From NCBI GenBank assembly GCA_030295235.1, contig AP026133.1, positions 62,001 through 126,000 on the forward strand: a stretch of 64,000 nt of DNA, read 5' to 3'. The DNA comes from Fistulifera solaris. Lineage: Eukaryota. Within the stretch, counting starts at the first letter, position 1. The number at the start of each line of letters is the position of its first letter. The notes under the pieces were generated by a model. That model made no database searches, was not told the origin of the DNA, and was given only the letters and a program-made list of their open reading frames with translations. A program made the position numbers and the translations under genes. Positions 61,232-64,000 of the stretch are shown here, in pieces.

Positions 61232-61787
61232 CGCTTATGTTCCCTTAGTCGTCGCCGGCAGCAAGTCAATCGTTGTAGTGTTTTGAATTATTGATAAACG
61301 AGAAGGGTCGCGGCCCTTTTCACCACAATTCTTTTTCCTTCATCGTCTCGAGTTGCGAGGCGCAAGGACAATAAAAGGTCAAAGAAAAAGGATGCAGTGA
61401 CTTCGCGGCTTTGCGGAGATACTGGTACTCTCGAAATCGGTTGATGCGTGACTCAGTTGTTATGACCAACAATGACCGATGACCGACGATCGATGACCTA
61501 AGGCTTGCACACAATACATACATTCAGTACACAATGATTTGCTGTGGCAAATAAAGTGCTTAATGGTCCTTTCAAATTTTTGAATTGTTGGCAAGACGCA
61601 AGACGCGAAGGAAAAAGAAAATGGCATGTACAAGTGCTTGTAGTTGTAGCTCGAGCGAGTGTCAGCTGGCGGCGGACGAGGAGGTGAGCACTCAACGACA
61701 AAGGTTGAAATAAAAGTTGGAAACAATAGCATCTTTGGTTTGTGTTTCCGCCTTCCTAACTCTGCTCGAAGAAGAAAATCAGATAGA

Positions 61788-64000
61788 ATGTTTACATCAT
61801 TAGATGATCGAGAGAAACGGAAAAGCCCGCGCGTCAGTCCATTGGGAAGAAAGATGACCATTCCTGGAAACGCGTCCCCTTCTGGACAAAGCCTTAGGGC
61901 ACCTATGCTAGAGCAAGTCAAGGGTCAAGGTGAAAAGATAAAGAAACTATTCACGGGAGAAAAAGAAAAAGACTAGCAAAGTATGGGAGTCGAAAGGGAG
62001 TCTCATATTCGGGCCGAAAAGCGAATGTCAGAGTCAAAGTTCAACAACGACTCCGAACAGCAAGCAAATAACTACATCTGAAGTGTCTAGCGGCAGTTTT
62101 AGATCGTCAAAGAGCAACAATAAAAGCTACCTGTCAACCAAATCACCCATACAAAGCCCAGCTACTCTTGGTCCTGAGTCTCCCGTTAGAAGTTTTAGTG
62201 CGACACAATCTCCCAGATCGACGTCGCATCATTCTCCAAACCAATCGTTTCTTGTTTCAAATTCACCGAGCTCTAATCCATCGGCCGAAAGATATCGCAA
62301 AGTTATTATTCGGAAAGCAGATGGCACTACGACTACTCGTATTTTGGAAACCAGGTGAAGAATTGCCCAAAAATGTGAAAAAGACTCCAGTCAGAACTCA
62401 TCGAATACGACGACAATCACTTGGGAGCATTCCCGCTATACCACTCACCGAAGACGACATATCACCGCAACCAGTAAATGCCAAATCCGAAAGAGCGAGA
62501 CAGAGCAAAGCATTAAGTACGCCAACAACGTCAAAAGCTGCAGGGAAAATGTATCGCCGTAGTTCGTTGGGTGCGATACAAAGACCATCGACCAGTGTTG
62601 CTAGAGAACTACCAGTTGGATCCGAGCTAATGCCGAAATATCAGGAGGGTAATCCAAAAGTAACAAAGCCTACGGCAACGAAACCTTCATCGAAGTTTCA
62701 CACTCAGCAGAGTCCCGTCCAACAGACTCCGCTCACCCCTGGTTTGACACCTCGGCAGCGTTATCGCAGAGCCACGATGTCTCACGTTACTACAGCCGGG
62801 GTTCCAATCACTCCTACGATTCTTCCGAAACGCACTGTCCCCAGGTCTCCCAAAGTGCCCACTGTTCATGATATTTTCGATACGACACAATGGCCAGAAA
62901 CACCTTCACTACGAGCTGCGCCTTCCGAACTTGACGGCACTCACGCAATAATGCTATCAGATACCATCGATAGTGCTACCGCGAAGCTTCCTATCACTCG
63001 CTTGTATAAGTACGCAAGGCAATGCAATTGGGAAGCTGTCGGTTGTGAATGCAAATTATACCCTCGTGACGCAAAGTGCGTCGAGCCATCCGATGGAACA
63101 ACTGCGTTGCATTTGGCAGTCATGAGCCGCATCAATCCATTTTTGCGAGAAGGCAGCATCCCAGATGTGGAAATGGCTCCACTGGAACTCATTGAGCAAT
63201 TAGTGGCCGCGTGTCCCGAAGCTGCCATCACGCGGTGCTCTGTCAAAAAGTACACTCCATTAATTTATGCTTGTCTAGTTCTTGGTCAAGATTACGACCT
63301 GCATGACGGTGTTGCTATGGTGCGCTCATTGCTGCAGCATGCACCACACAGCGTTTATGTGTTTACAGACGATGGATTCTCTGCACTCGACGTGCATATT
63401 TTGAGCTATTCTAGATTCCACCGCTGTAAGCAAGACAGCCAGGACGATAGTACGCTAGTCATGCAGGCGCTTTTAGAAGAACGACCTGATTTAGCTGAAG
63501 CTCGATCCTACAAAAACCGTGTAAGAGGGCCTTTGGAATTACTGTATCGCAGCAACCTGGAGCATTTCAAGGACAGTAGTAAAGTGAGTGATTTTGCACC
63601 GCTCTCAGCTTTGGTGGACTCGCCACAAGAATGGTGGGCCTGGAGATGGGCCGACGTGCTCCTTAGACAACACAACAACTCTTCTGAATACAAGTCGTTA
63701 CACGCCGCATGTGGACTAACGGGGTGCCCGTTGCCGATCTTGTTAATTGCGGCACAGAGCAATCCTGCACAGCTGAAAGAACCTGTCAACGAGTTAGGCA
63801 ACTTGCCTCTACATCAAGTATGTATGTGGATTTGCGATAGCGAAATGATTGCGGGCGATCCCTTTGTTTCAAGAAGAAAGACCGCCGCGATTGAGAGTTT
63901 GTTACAGCTGTACCCTGAAGCGGCACGAATGAAGAATAATATGGGTGAAACACCTTTGCAATTGGCAATTGAGTCTAAGACTCCCTTCCACGGTGGTTTG
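61788..64000 (+). CDS. Ankyrin-repeat-like protein, paralogue of 59093-61231; frameshifts in the N-terminus, runs off the window
   Basis: From ~62990 it reads LYKYARQCNWEAV..CKLYPRDAKCVEPSDGTTALHLAVMSRINP...YTPLIYAC...FTDDGFSALDVHIL...RGPLELLYRSN...MKNNMGETPLQLAIESKTP. This frame is missing from the ORF track because it has no stop within the window. Confidence 0.85.

Noticed and set aside
1..64000. tRNA, rRNA or spliced-leader RNA genes (the latter as a CRE target)
   Set aside because: None recognisable by eye; tRNAscan-SE or Infernal would be needed to exclude them.

Overview
Eukaryotic, gene-dense window with short GT-AG introns, most likely from a raphid pennate diatom. One gene family resembles those I recall as expanded in Fistulifera; this is an inference. 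The left half holds ordinary nuclear genes: a membrane guanylate/adenylate cyclase-phosphodiesterase fusion, a PX sorting nexin, ESCRT-III CHMP1, a PsbP-domain protein, two SLC34 Na+/Pi cotransporter paralogues and a secreted VWD/Cys-repeat protein. The standout is a compact head-to-head RNA-silencing pair. A full-architecture Dicer (helicase-DUF283-RNase IIIa/b; minus strand, ~38.3-42.7 kb) and an Argonaute with PIWI-clade sequence signatures (plus strand, 43.5-46.8 kb) start about 0.8 kb apart. A transposon-rich block follows: a Harbinger-type Myb/SANT ORF, a hAT-like remnant, a near full-length CRE-clade non-LTR retrotransposon interrupted by a 762-bp solo LTR, scattered CRE 3' ends and a 34-bp palindromic minisatellite. 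The window ends with two divergent ankyrin-like paralogues. Many genes carry single-base frameshifts, which could be long-read assembly indels or real decay; the sequence alone cannot distinguish these. All protein calls come from motif recognition by eye, with no database searches run.
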